Shown one piece after another: positions 26,315 through 36,077 of a stretch of DNA of 45,391 nucleotides. Position 1 is the stretch's first letter; every line of letters begins with the position of its first letter. The translations under genes and the position numbers were made by a program. The DNA lies in the NCBI GenBank assembly GCA_036569865.1, contig DATCPW010000187.1, positions 1 to 45,391 on the forward strand, read 5' to 3'. The stretch comes from Candidatus Dormiibacterota bacterium (GTDB taxonomy: Bacteria; Chloroflexota; Dormibacteria; Dormibacterales; Dormibacteraceae). A model generated the notes under the pieces. That model did not search any database and had not been told where the DNA came from. It saw nothing but the letters and a program-made list of their open reading frames with translations.

Positions 26315-27060
26315 CGCCCGCCCCGGTGCAACCGGAATCGGACGAAATGGTCGTTCACGTGGATCAAGCTGAAGCCGAGCACCTCCCCGGCCTCCGAGAA
26401 ATGGAACTCCTTCAATAGAAGGTAGGCCTCGGCCGGCTTCAAGCCGAGCTGCTTCACCACCTCCTTCGTCGCTTTGCGCGGCACCAGCTCCACCAGCGCC
26501 TGGTCGACCCCGCCTCCGATCAGCAGGTCGCCCATATCGAACGGCGATTGCGCCAGCTGATCGTCAGTCGGTGCCTCCGCGAAAAGGTCGGTCCTGATGT
26601 AGTTGATGGCCCAGATCGCCGGCTTGCCGCTGGCGATGAACAATCGGTCGATCGCATACATCGGAGTTCCCTTCTGGACGTCGAGTGCCTTGAGCACCTC
26701 GGCCGGCGGGGTCGTCGTGATCCTCGAGTTGGTCCTGGTCTCCACGGTGTAGCCCTGTTCCTCGAGCATCCGCGTGAAGCCGATAAGGCGTTGGAGGGCG
26801 ACCATCGATGGGCTGAGGCGGCCATGCACCTGGGTCCCGCGACGCGGGCTGCGTGTGAGCACGCCGTGCTGCTCCAGCGACTGTAACGCCGAGCGAACCG
26901 TCGTCCGGCTCACGCCCAGCATATCGGCCAGCTCGTTCTCGGGGGGAAGGCGGCTGTCCTCGAAGCGTCGCTCGAGAATCGAATGCAGAATGGATTCGCG
27001 GGCTCTGTTGGCTAGAGACGCGCCTCCCACCGGCTGCACCATTTTGTCGCGCCGAATCAC
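26311..27060 (-). CDS. GntR-family (HutC/UTRA-type) transcriptional regulator
   Basis: LPPENELADMLGVSRTTVRSALQSLEQHGVL winged-HTH followed by a ligand domain of about 150 aa. ATGA overlap with large subunit 1. The start is GTG at 27060 or ATG at 27042. Confidence 0.85.
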   Translation of the reverse strand: MIRRDKMVQPVGGASLANRARESILHSILERRFEDSRLPPENELADMLGVSRTTVRSALQSLEQHGVLTRSPRRGTQVHGRLSPSMVALQRLIGFTRMLEEQGYTVETRTNSRITTTPPAEVLKALDVQKGTPMYAIDRLFIASGKPAIWAINYIRTDLFAEAPTDDQLAQSPFDMGDLLIGGGVDQALVELVPRKATKEVVKQLGLKPAEAYLLLKEFHFSEAGEVLGFSLIHVNDHFVRFRLHRGGR

Positions 27061-27078
27061 CCGCTTGCCGATATCGGT

Positions 27079-27110
27079 GATTTGTATTACTAATTGACCG
27101 GGCTGTCAAG
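27079..27110. promoter_or_regulatory. AT-rich dyad and promoter elements in the GntR / large-subunit-2 divergent region
   Basis: gatTTGTATTAcTAATtgac contains ATTA-c-TAAT. On the minus strand, TTGACA (27105-27110) is followed about 17-18 nt later by ATACAA/TACAAA (27081-27087). Confidence 0.4.
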
Positions 27111-27113
27111 ACT

Positions 27114-29450
27114 TTGAAAGATCAAGCGCGGAGCGTTCAAGTCGGTCCTATCGGGACGGCAATGCCGCGCCTGGAGGATGGGCCGCTCCTGCGGGGCCAG
27201 GCCCTGTTCATCGACGACCTGAAGCCCGAAGGCCTCCTCCACGTCGCGATGCTCCGCAGCCCGCACGCGAGCGCGCGCATCGGCGGCATCGACACCGCCG
27301 CGGCGCGCCAAGCACCCGGCGTGACCGCAGTCTTCACCGCTGCAGAGCTGGAGGGCACGTGCGCTCCGATGCGAGTCCACCTCACCACCCCCGGAGCTCT
27401 CGCGCCTGACCGCCCGATCATCGCGGTCGACCGCGTTCGGTTCGTCGGAGAGATCGTAGCGGTGGTGGTCGCCGACAGCCGATACAGTGCCGAGGACGCG
27501 CTCGAGCTGATCCAGGCCGACCTCGAACCCCTGACGCCGGTGGTCACGTTCGAAGACGCGATGTCGGATGGCGCACCGCTGGTGCATGACTCGGTGGCTG
27601 ACAACCGGTACTTCTTGGGTCATCGCACCATCGGTGAGGTCGCCAAAGCTTTCGCCGACGCCGACGTCGTGGTCGAGGGCGAGGTCGTCCACCCGCGCGT
27701 ATCGGCGGCGCCGATGGAAGGGCGTGGCGTCATCGCCATGCCTGATGGTTCGGGCGGCGTCGTCGCGTGGAGCTCGACGCAAGCCCCACACCTGGTCGCG
27801 GATGCGATCGCAGAGAGCCTCGGACTCGACGAGAAACAAGTTCGGGTCATCGCCTCCGACGTCGGGGGCGGCTTCGGCCTCAAGGCGCACGTGTACACGG
27901 AGGAGATCCTGCTTGCGTGGATCAGCCTGCAGCTCCAGAGGACTGTCAAATGGATCGAGGATCGGTCCGAGCACCTGCAGGCAGCGAACCACGCGCGCGA
28001 CCAGAAGGTCCAGTTCAGCGCTGCGGTTCGGAAAGATGGCCGCGTGCTGGGCCTTCGCGCCACCGTGCTTTCGAGCATCGGCGCGTACGGCATCAGGCCG
28101 CACGGCCCCCTGCTGGACCCGATGACATGCGCGGGCCTCATCCCCGGCCCCTATGACATCCGGGACTATGAGTACGACTCGTATGCAATCGCGACCAACA
28201 AATGCCCGGAGGGCCCGTACCGCGGAGTCGGGATGGTGACGGCGGTGCTGACGCACGAGCGGCTCATGGATCTCATCGCGGTCCGGCTCGACATCGACGC
28301 GGCAGATGTGAGGCGGCGCAACCTTGTCACCCCGGCGCAGATGCCATACACGGCGGTCACCGGCCATCCCTACGAATCGGGCGATTTTCCGGCGGCGCTC
28401 GAGGTCGCGCTGTCTGCGTTCGACTACGAACTAGCCCGTGGTGAGCAAGCGCGCGCACGCGCTGAAGGGCGACTGATCGGGATCGGCCTCAGCTCGTACG
28501 TCGAGTTCACGGGGGCCGGCTCCTCGACCTTCAAGGCGCGCGGCATGGTCGGGATTCCGGGCACCGACACGGCGCGGGTTTGGGTGGGCGAGGACGGAAG
28601 GGTGCGCGTGCAGACGAGTTGTCCCGCCATCGGACAGGGGGTCCAGACGACGTTTGCCCAGGTGGCGGCAGCCGAGCTGGGGGTCCCCGCGGAAAGCGTG
28701 ATCGTCGAGCAGACCGACACCGCCAAGGTCGGTCGCGGCACTGGCTCCTTTATGAGTCGCAGCTCGGTGACCGCCGCGACCTGCACCCATCGCGCGTCGA
28801 AACAGCTTCATGCCGAGATCCTCAACGCTGCGTCATGGCGCATGGACCAGCCCGTTCAGCGCTTGTCGATCCGAGGCTCGGAGATCCTTGTCGACGGCGA
28901 AGCGGCCGGCGTCACCCTGGCTCAGCTTGCAGCCGTGGGTACGGCCGAGAACGGCGGATACTCGCTCGACGTCTCAGTCACCTATGACCCCGTCCAGGCC
29001 GCACACCCTTACGCCACCCACGCCTGCATGGTGGAGATCGATCCAGGAACGGGCTCGGTGGACATCCGCCGCTACGTAGTTGCAGACGACTGCGGCACCG
29101 TGATCAACCCGATGATCGTCGACGGCCAGGTGGTTGGCGGCATCGCCCAAGGGGTGGGCGCCGCACTGCTGGAGGAGATCAGGTACGGCTCCGACGGCCA
29201 GCTGCTCAGCGGCAGCTTCATGGACTATCTGATCCCGACCGCCGGCGAAGTGCCGGCAGTCGAGATAAGGCACCTGGTCACGCCCTCGACCGTCCACGAG
29301 CTCGGGACCAAGGGCATCGGCGAAGGCGGGACGATCGGGTCCACGGCTGCCATTTCGAATGCGATCGCAGACGCGCTCTCAGTGCCGGACGCCAAGCTAC
29401 CCTTCACGCCCGAACGGGTTCTGTCGCTCATCCGGACGAAGTCGCGCTGA
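27114..29450 (+). CDS. Molybdopterin-binding large subunit 2 (778 aa), with no cognate FAD or FeS genes
   Basis: PRLEDGPLLRG...DVGGGFGLK...IGAYGIRPHG. TTG start. Confidence 0.9.
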   Translation: MKDQARSVQVGPIGTAMPRLEDGPLLRGQALFIDDLKPEGLLHVAMLRSPHASARIGGIDTAAARQAPGVTAVFTAAELEGTCAPMRVHLTTPGALAPDRPIIAVDRVRFVGEIVAVVVADSRYSAEDALELIQADLEPLTPVVTFEDAMSDGAPLVHDSVADNRYFLGHRTIGEVAKAFADADVVVEGEVVHPRVSAAPMEGRGVIAMPDGSGGVVAWSSTQAPHLVADAIAESLGLDEKQVRVIASDVGGGFGLKAHVYTEEILLAWISLQLQRTVKWIEDRSEHLQAANHARDQKVQFSAAVRKDGRVLGLRATVLSSIGAYGIRPHGPLLDPMTCAGLIPGPYDIRDYEYDSYAIATNKCPEGPYRGVGMVTAVLTHERLMDLIAVRLDIDAADVRRRNLVTPAQMPYTAVTGHPYESGDFPAALEVALSAFDYELARGEQARARAEGRLIGIGLSSYVEFTGAGSSTFKARGMVGIPGTDTARVWVGEDGRVRVQTSCPAIGQGVQTTFAQVAAAELGVPAESVIVEQTDTAKVGRGTGSFMSRSSVTAATCTHRASKQLHAEILNAASWRMDQPVQRLSIRGSEILVDGEAAGVTLAQLAAVGTAENGGYSLDVSVTYDPVQAAHPYATHACMVEIDPGTGSVDIRRYVVADDCGTVINPMIVDGQVVGGIAQGVGAALLEEIRYGSDGQLLSGSFMDYLIPTAGEVPAVEIRHLVTPSTVHELGTKGIGEGGTIGSTAAISNAIADALSVPDAKLPFTPERVLSLIRTKSR

Positions 29451-29476
29451 GAAAGCTCACTGCGGCGGGCATCATC

Positions 29477-30586
29477 TTGCTCGCCCTCAACCTGCGAATC
29501 GCGGTGGCGGAGGTGCCGCCGGTCCTTCGCGACCTCTCGCTGAGTGACTTCGAGCGCTCGTTGCTGGTGGCGATCCCGGTGGTGTGCTTCAGCCTGGCGG
29601 CGTTCGCCGGACCCCCACTTTCGGCACGCCTGGGTGAGGAGCGGGTCCTTCTGGCCATGTGCGCTGCGCTCTGCACCGGCCTCGCCCTGCGCCCATGGTG
29701 GCCAAACCTCTCCCTGTTTGCCGGCACCGTCTTGTGCGGGCTGGCGGTCGCCGTGATGAACGTGATGATGCCCAGCGTCCTGCGCCGGCGGTTCCCGAAG
29801 CACCTGGGTCAGATGACCGCGGCGTACACGATGGCGCTCTCCATCGGCGCGGCCCTGGCCGCGGGATTGACGGTGCCGCTCGTGGGTGCGCTGGGCGGAT
29901 CCGTGCCATTTGCCCTGGCGATCTGGGCCGTAGCCGCCGGCGTCGCTTTCGCCGTGTGGCTGCCGCAGCTTCGACATCCCTTGCCAGGCGCCCACACGGC
30001 TGGTGGGGACATCGGCCTCTTGAGGGACTTCCGCGCCTGGCAGATCACCCTCTTCTTCGGCTTGCAATCCGCGCTTTACTACTCGCTCCTTTCGTGGCTC
30101 CCTACCATCTATCGTGACCACGGCTCGAGCCCGGTCGCTGCGGGTGCCGTGCTTGCCGTCCTGTCCGCGGTGGGCATCGCCGGCAACTTTGCGGCACCGC
30201 TGCTCGCGCAGCGCACGGGCAATGCTCAGGCGGTGGTGGTCGGGTGCTCGGTGCTGATCCTCATCGGCCTCGCCGGCGTGCTGTTCGCACCGACAGCGCT
30301 GCCACTCGTGTGGGCAACGCTTCTTGGTATCGGCACCGGCGGCACGTTCAGCCTCACCCTACTGCTCATGGCTTCTCGTGCGCACGACGAGGTCATCGCG
30401 CGCCGGCTGTCGAGCATGGCGCAGGGGATCGGCTACATGATCTCAGCTCTCGGCCCGCTGGTCGCCGGCCTCCTGCACTCGATCAGCGGCGGATGGACGC
30501 TGGCGATCCTGGCGATGATCGCGATCTGCGCCGCCCAGCTGGGCGCCGGCTTGGCGGCCGCGCGGCCGGGTTCTATCGCCCGCTAG
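29477..30586 (+). CDS. MFS transporter, CynX/NimT-like (369 aa from TTG; a possible CTG start at 29447)
   Basis: LALNLRIAVAEVPPVL...VMPSVLRRRF aligns by eye with E. coli CynX (LNMRPLLTSVGPLL...VMPSVIKRRF). Confidence 0.8.
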   Translation: MLALNLRIAVAEVPPVLRDLSLSDFERSLLVAIPVVCFSLAAFAGPPLSARLGEERVLLAMCAALCTGLALRPWWPNLSLFAGTVLCGLAVAVMNVMMPSVLRRRFPKHLGQMTAAYTMALSIGAALAAGLTVPLVGALGGSVPFALAIWAVAAGVAFAVWLPQLRHPLPGAHTAGGDIGLLRDFRAWQITLFFGLQSALYYSLLSWLPTIYRDHGSSPVAAGAVLAVLSAVGIAGNFAAPLLAQRTGNAQAVVVGCSVLILIGLAGVLFAPTALPLVWATLLGIGTGGTFSLTLLLMASRAHDEVIARRLSSMAQGIGYMISALGPLVAGLLHSISGGWTLAILAMIAICAAQLGAGLAAARPGSIAR

Positions 30587-31467
30587 GTCTGCGGGATTCC
30601 CATGATCGAAGTTGTCCGCGCGCGCGAGTCGCGCTCGTGCCAATCGCCGCTGCTCACGGCGGTAAGGAAGGCGCCGACCGCGTCGTTGAACGCGTCCGGG
30701 TCTTCGAGATTTGCGGTGTGGCCGGTTCGCGGAAGGATGACCAGACCGGACGTGGGGATCGTCCGTTTGAGCATCAGGGAAGGCTCAAGGCTCCCTTCGT
30801 CTTCGTCCCCCGCGAGGATCAGGACTGGCGTGCGCACGGCACGCAACTCATCCTGGAGGTCGTAAAGAGAAGGACGGGCGGCCTGGACCCCGCGCATCGT
30901 GAGGGCCGCACCGGTCGGGTCGTGCTGCGCGAGCGCCTTCGCGAACTCCCGCCAGGCCTCAGGGTTCTTGTTCTGCAGCTGCACGCGTGCAGGCCCGACA
31001 GCGTACCTCTCGGCCACCCTGGCCGAGCCCAGCGACTCGAAGGCGGCCGCGAGTGCGTAGCTCTCGTTGCGAAACTTCTCAGCCTTCTCAGGCTGCGAGC
31101 CATATCCGACCCCGGCGATGACCGCAGAACGAATGCGTTCCGGATGGGCCACGACCAGGTGCAAGGCAGCGAAGCCGCCCATCGATAGGCCGACGACGTG
31201 GGCCTGCTTGGCGTTGGCCGCATCGAGGACTGCGATTGCGTCGTCGACTGCACGCCTTTGGGAGTAGGCAGCCGCGTCGGTCGGGACGTCCGAGGGCGGG
31301 TAGCCGCGCGCAGCGTAGGTGATGCAGCGATAGTCGCCGGCGAAGCGGCGCACCTGCGGTGCCCAGCTCCGATGGTCGCCGGCGAACTCGTGGACGAACA
31401 TCAGCGGGAAGCCCTGGCCCTCTTCCTCGTAGTAGAGCTCGATGCCGTCGGGGGTCGGCGCCTTCAA
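30583..31467 (-). CDS. Alpha/beta hydrolase (294 aa from TTG)
   Basis: GLSMGG nucleophile elbow and HEFAGDHRSW. TTG at 31467 is preceded by GGGGG. The track ORF (356 aa) overlaps the upstream gene. Confidence 0.8.
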   Translation of the reverse strand: MKAPTPDGIELYYEEEGQGFPLMFVHEFAGDHRSWAPQVRRFAGDYRCITYAARGYPPSDVPTDAAAYSQRRAVDDAIAVLDAANAKQAHVVGLSMGGFAALHLVVAHPERIRSAVIAGVGYGSQPEKAEKFRNESYALAAAFESLGSARVAERYAVGPARVQLQNKNPEAWREFAKALAQHDPTGAALTMRGVQAARPSLYDLQDELRAVRTPVLILAGDEDEGSLEPSLMLKRTIPTSGLVILPRTGHTANLEDPDAFNDAVGAFLTAVSSGDWHERDSRARTTSIMGIPQT

Positions 31468-31483
31468 CTCGAGCGCCCCCAGG

Positions 31484-32083
31484 CTAGGTGAGGATCCGGG
31501 CCTGGATCGGGCTCGGGTTGAAGCCGTTGCAGGGGTTGAGGTCCTGCGGACACGCCGAGATAGCCGCCACGATGCCGTCCAGAAGAGCGCGCAAGACAAT
31601 CTTGTCGCCCGGCTTGCTGAGCGGAATCTCGTTTCCGAATGTCCGGTCCGCATGGATCGGCGCGTTCTGGAAGACGTTGATCACGTCTGGTATCTGCCAC
31701 TCCTGGTATCGCCATGGGGCGAGCGCTTCGAGGAAGTTACTCCGGCAGCTCCGATGGTTCTCGACCCCGTAATCGATTCGGTACCGGCGCGCATCGCACA
31801 TGGATGTGATGAGGTCGTGCATGCCGACGTCGTCGCTGACAACCTCGTACATATCGCGCCTCCAGTTGGTCTGGAGGCGATCGCCAATGTTCAGGTTCAG
31901 CCGCAGCGTCGTCGAGCGTGTGTGGGTGGCCGACAGCCACTCCTTTGGGTCGTTTTCGATGATCGATATGAAGTCCGCCACCTGCTGGCCTTCGACGTCG
32001 ATGATCTCCAGCAGGGCGCCGTTTGGAACATGAAAGGCCCGACCCTCGCCGGCAGGAATCAAGACCTCGGTCACTTGTCCCAT
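31484..32083 (-). CDS. DUF1989 (urea-carboxylase-associated / CgdAB-family) protein A (199 aa)
   Basis: IPAGEGRAFHVPNGALLEIIDVEGQQVADF...GMHDLITSMCD...SACPQD. The ATG at 32083 overlaps the upstream stop. Confidence 0.75.
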   Translation of the reverse strand: MGQVTEVLIPAGEGRAFHVPNGALLEIIDVEGQQVADFISIIENDPKEWLSATHTRSTTLRLNLNIGDRLQTNWRRDMYEVVSDDVGMHDLITSMCDARRYRIDYGVENHRSCRSNFLEALAPWRYQEWQIPDVINVFQNAPIHADRTFGNEIPLSKPGDKIVLRALLDGIVAAISACPQDLNPCNGFNPSPIQARILT

Positions 32084-32880
32084 CAGACGTCCATCAGCGC
32101 TTTGCGCTGGGCGCCGTCGATGGGAATGTGAGCTCCGTTGATGAAGTAGGCCCTCGGCGACACCAGGAAGGTGACCAGGGAGGCCACCTCGTGCGGCTCG
32201 CATATACGGTTCAGCGGGATCGACGAGATGGCCAGCTCATGCGCGCGATCCTGGTCCACCTTCTTGTCGCGGGCGAAGGCCTTCTCGAGCCCGTCCCAGC
32301 GGTCCGTGTTGACCGGCCCGGGGTTGACCGTGTTGATGCGGACGCCGTAGCGGCCGTACTGCTCGGCCACCGAGGAGGCGAAGTTGATATCGGCGGCGTT
32401 GGCCACGCCCGCCGTCATCTCCCAGTAGCTCGGCTTCAAGCCGTCGTTGCCGACCACCAGCACGATCGCCCCTTCTCCACGCTCGCGCATGTGCGGGATG
32501 ACCGCCCGCACGGACCGGACATAACCCATGAACTTCAGGTTGAGGCTCGAGAGCCAATGTTCCTCGGTGAGCTCTTCGAGCAGGCCGCCCGGCGAGCTGC
32601 CCGCGCAGGTGACCAGGATGTCGATATGGCCGAACCGATCCAGGGTCTCCTTCACGCACCGGTCCACATCCTCGGGCTTGCTCATGTCACCGGCGAGCGG
32701 GATGATGGTCCGTCCGCTCTTGGCGGCGATGTCGGTGGCAGTCCGCTCGAGCGGCCCGGCAGTCCTTGCCGTGATGACCACGTTGGCACCCTCGGACGCA
32801 AGCTGCTCGGCGACGGCCCGACCGATGCCCTTGCTCGCACCTGTCACGAACGCGACCTTGTCGGTCAGCCCGAGATCCAC
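32083..32880 (-). CDS. SDR-family oxidoreductase (265 aa from GTG)
   Basis: VTGASKGIGRAVA. The GTG at 32880 gives the N-terminus MDLGLTDKVAFVTG. Confidence 0.8.
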   Translation of the reverse strand: MDLGLTDKVAFVTGASKGIGRAVAEQLASEGANVVITARTAGPLERTATDIAAKSGRTIIPLAGDMSKPEDVDRCVKETLDRFGHIDILVTCAGSSPGGLLEELTEEHWLSSLNLKFMGYVRSVRAVIPHMRERGEGAIVLVVGNDGLKPSYWEMTAGVANAADINFASSVAEQYGRYGVRINTVNPGPVNTDRWDGLEKAFARDKKVDQDRAHELAISSIPLNRICEPHEVASLVTFLVSPRAYFINGAHIPIDGAQRKALMDV

Positions 32881-32885
32881 AGCCG

Positions 32886-33539
32886 CTAAGCCTCGAATAC
32901 CTGCACGCGCAGCGGTGTGCAGTTGAATGCGTTGCACGGAACCATGACGTCCAGCGGGCAGTTCGAGAGCCCGACCAGCACGTCCATCTCAGCCCGCATC
33001 TCGACGTAGTCGCCGGGCTCGTTGACAGGTTCCTTGATCCACCACCTGTGGTTTTCGCAGTCATGGGTGAAGTTCATGTTCAGGTCGAACGTGTCGGGCA
33101 GGTCCTCAGACGCGATCCCGTACGGCGCCACGGCAGCGGCGATCTGTTCCTGGCATCCGTCGCGCGGCCCGTACCCGTTTGACTCATACAGGTAGCGGTT
33201 GCACATCCGGTGGTGCGTGTCGTGCACGCCCTTGATCTTGGCCGTCTCCTTGACGATGGTCATCATCGGCCGGCACAGCGTTGACATGAGCGTGTCGCCT
33301 TCGGTGAGATGGTCGCGCGGAATGTAATCGCCCGTCACCTTCATCGGATAGCGCGTGCGCGAGTAGGAGGTGGAGAGCTTCTCGCGCAGGTTCTCCATGT
33401 TGAACACCGCCACATCGCATACCTGCTTGCCCTCCAGATCGGTGATGCGGATGCGCTGGCCTTGTTTCAGCTCGACCGCCTTGCCGCTTTTGGGTGGCAT
33501 GACGATGTCGAGGACAGTCTTGCTGTTGACGGTGTCCAT
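32886..33539 (-). CDS. DUF1989 (CgdAB-family) protein B (217 aa)
   Basis: PPKSGKAVELKQGQRIRITDLEGKQVCDV...GVHDTHHRMCN...SNCPLD. It is a paralog of 31484-32083. Confidence 0.75.
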   Translation of the reverse strand: MDTVNSKTVLDIVMPPKSGKAVELKQGQRIRITDLEGKQVCDVAVFNMENLREKLSTSYSRTRYPMKVTGDYIPRDHLTEGDTLMSTLCRPMMTIVKETAKIKGVHDTHHRMCNRYLYESNGYGPRDGCQEQIAAAVAPYGIASEDLPDTFDLNMNFTHDCENHRWWIKEPVNEPGDYVEMRAEMDVLVGLSNCPLDVMVPCNAFNCTPLRVQVFEA

Positions 33540-33550
33540 CTCGTTCTCCT

Positions 33551-34322
33551 CTAACCCATCCCGCCGGATGCCCGTTGAACGTCCGCCTCCTCGGTGCTCC
33601 GGCCGAGAAATACTTCGCCGATGTCCTTTCGCGCCAGCAAGTCCTTCGCGGCTGAGGAGACCTTCATCGTCCCCGCTGCCATCACGTACGCCCAGTCGGA
33701 GATCGTCAGGGCCGCCAGCGCCTTTTGCTCGACGATGAGAAGGGCGGTACCGCCCTTCCCGAGGCGACGGATATGCTCCTCGAGCAGCATCCTCGAGAGC
33801 TCTGCGCTCAGGTTGGAGGTGGGTTCGTCGAGGACGAGGAGGTGGGGCTCCAGCATCAACACCCTCGCGATCGCCAGCATCTTCCGCTCGCCTCCGCTGA
33901 GCTTGTTGGCCGTTCGCTTCAGCATCGTCTTGAGGGCTGGGAACGTCTCGAGCACCACCTCCGCGCGCCTCGCGGCGTCGGGTCTGCTCAACAGGTAGCC
34001 CCCGATCGCAAGGTTGTCGAGAACCGAGAGTGTGTCGAACACGTCGTTCACCTGCGGCACGTAGCCGAGCCCCCGCTTGGCGAGGTTGTTCGCCTTCATG
34101 TTGGTGACGTCCTCGTCACCGAGGCGCACCTTGCCGCTGATCGCCGGGATCATGCCGACGATGGCTTTCAGGAACGTGCTCTTGCCGGCTCCGTTGGGGC
34201 CGACGATGGTCACGATCTCTCCGTGCCCGACGCTGGCCGACGCGCCGTTGACGATGACAGACGCTCCGTAGCCGGCACTCAGGTCATCGACCTGCAGATA
34301 GGCTGCCGGCCTACCGGTCCCG

Positions 34323-34342
<20 letters not shown>
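33551..34342 (-). CDS. ABC ATPase, LivF/UrtE-like
   Basis: Walker A GPNGAGKST, signature LSGGERK, Walker B LLVLDEP. Confidence 0.85.
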
Positions 34343-35093
<751 letters not shown>

Positions 35094-36077
35094 TTACTCG
35101 GCAGGCCTCGAGAGCGCCGCAGCTCGCGGCTTGAAACGGCCAGGTTTCTCGGGAAAGATGCCATTGGGTCGGAACCATAGGAACAGCAGAATCAGCAGCC
35201 CCACGCAGACCCACTGCATCGCCTCGATGAATCCCTGATAGAAGATCGGTGGCAGATAGCGTGTCGCCTCGAGGAAGCCCACTGGGACCAGCAGGGTGCC
35301 GAGCATGACGCCCCAGTTGTTCGCCGCTCCACCGACGAGGACCGCGGCCAGGAAGACGAACGTCTCGGGATAGAGCCACGAACCTGGCGACCACGCCTGG
35401 ATGAACTCGACGAAAACCGCGCCGCTGATGCCGGCGATCACCCCGCCGACGACGAAGATCATCAGCCGGAGCGCCGTGATGTTCTTGCCGACCGCCGCCG
35501 CCGCGCGGTCGTTGTCGCGCATCGCTCGCAGCGTCCGGCCGAGCGGGGACCTGGTGATGGCCCGCACGAACAGGAATATGACCACTGTGAGGAACAGGCA
35601 CCAGCCCGTGTAGACCCACTGGTACTCGAGGTAAGGGAGGCCGAGCTGGTCGAACAGCGGCTGTGGAACCGTGGCGAGCCCCGCGGGCCCGTTGACGAGG
35701 CCGGTCGCGTTCGACGCGACCAGCGTCGCGATGAGAGAGAGCACGAGCATGACCATGGCCTGGTAGTCGCTGCGGAGACGCCGCAAGCTAATGACGCCGA
35801 CGACCAGCGAAAGCAGGCCCGCGGCCGCGCCGCCTGCCAGGATGGGCAGCGGGAAAGGCCAGCTGGCGCCAAACACGTAGTGCTGAAAGTTGCCCGGATA
35901 GTCGGGACCAAGCGACACCACCCCGGCCGTGTAGGCGCCGACTGCGACGAAGACGATGTAGGCGAAATTGATGATGCCCGCGACTCCGAACTGCAGGTTC
36001 AGGCCGAGCACGCCAATGATGTCGATGAAGAGATAGATCAGCAGCGTCGAGATGTAGAACTGCATCGCGTCGCTCAT
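35094..36077 (-). CDS. HAAT-family ABC permease (LivM/UrtC-like)
   Basis: Polytopic. The start forms a 4-nt overlap with the upstream permease. Confidence 0.8.
   Translation of the reverse strand: MSDAMQFYISTLLIYLFIDIIGVLGLNLQFGVAGIINFAYIVFVAVGAYTAGVVSLGPDYPGNFQHYVFGASWPFPLPILAGGAAAGLLSLVVGVISLRRLRSDYQAMVMLVLSLIATLVASNATGLVNGPAGLATVPQPLFDQLGLPYLEYQWVYTGWCLFLTVVIFLFVRAITRSPLGRTLRAMRDNDRAAAAVGKNITALRLMIFVVGGVIAGISGAVFVEFIQAWSPGSWLYPETFVFLAAVLVGGAANNWGVMLGTLLVPVGFLEATRYLPPIFYQGFIEAMQWVCVGLLILLFLWFRPNGIFPEKPGRFKPRAAALSRPAE

Noticed and set aside
27090-28367. Long antisense ORFs in the track. Examples are 27090-28367 (-) 425 aa, 36479-37663 (+) 394 aa, 11513-12559 (-) 348 aa, 30244-31188 (+) 314 aa, 29225-30121 (-) 298 aa, 32023-32889 (+) 288 aa and 39006-39839 (-) 277 aa.
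   Set aside because: Each lies opposite a gene with clear family motifs. Their translations are Arg/Gly/Pro/Ala-rich low-complexity strings, typical of shadow frames in high-GC DNA.
24008-29450. Annotating the Mo-enzymes as aerobic CO dehydrogenase (CoxLMS).
   Set aside because: Both large subunits lack the AYxCSFR (form I) and AYRGAGR (form II) active-site loops. No coxDEFG accessory genes are present.
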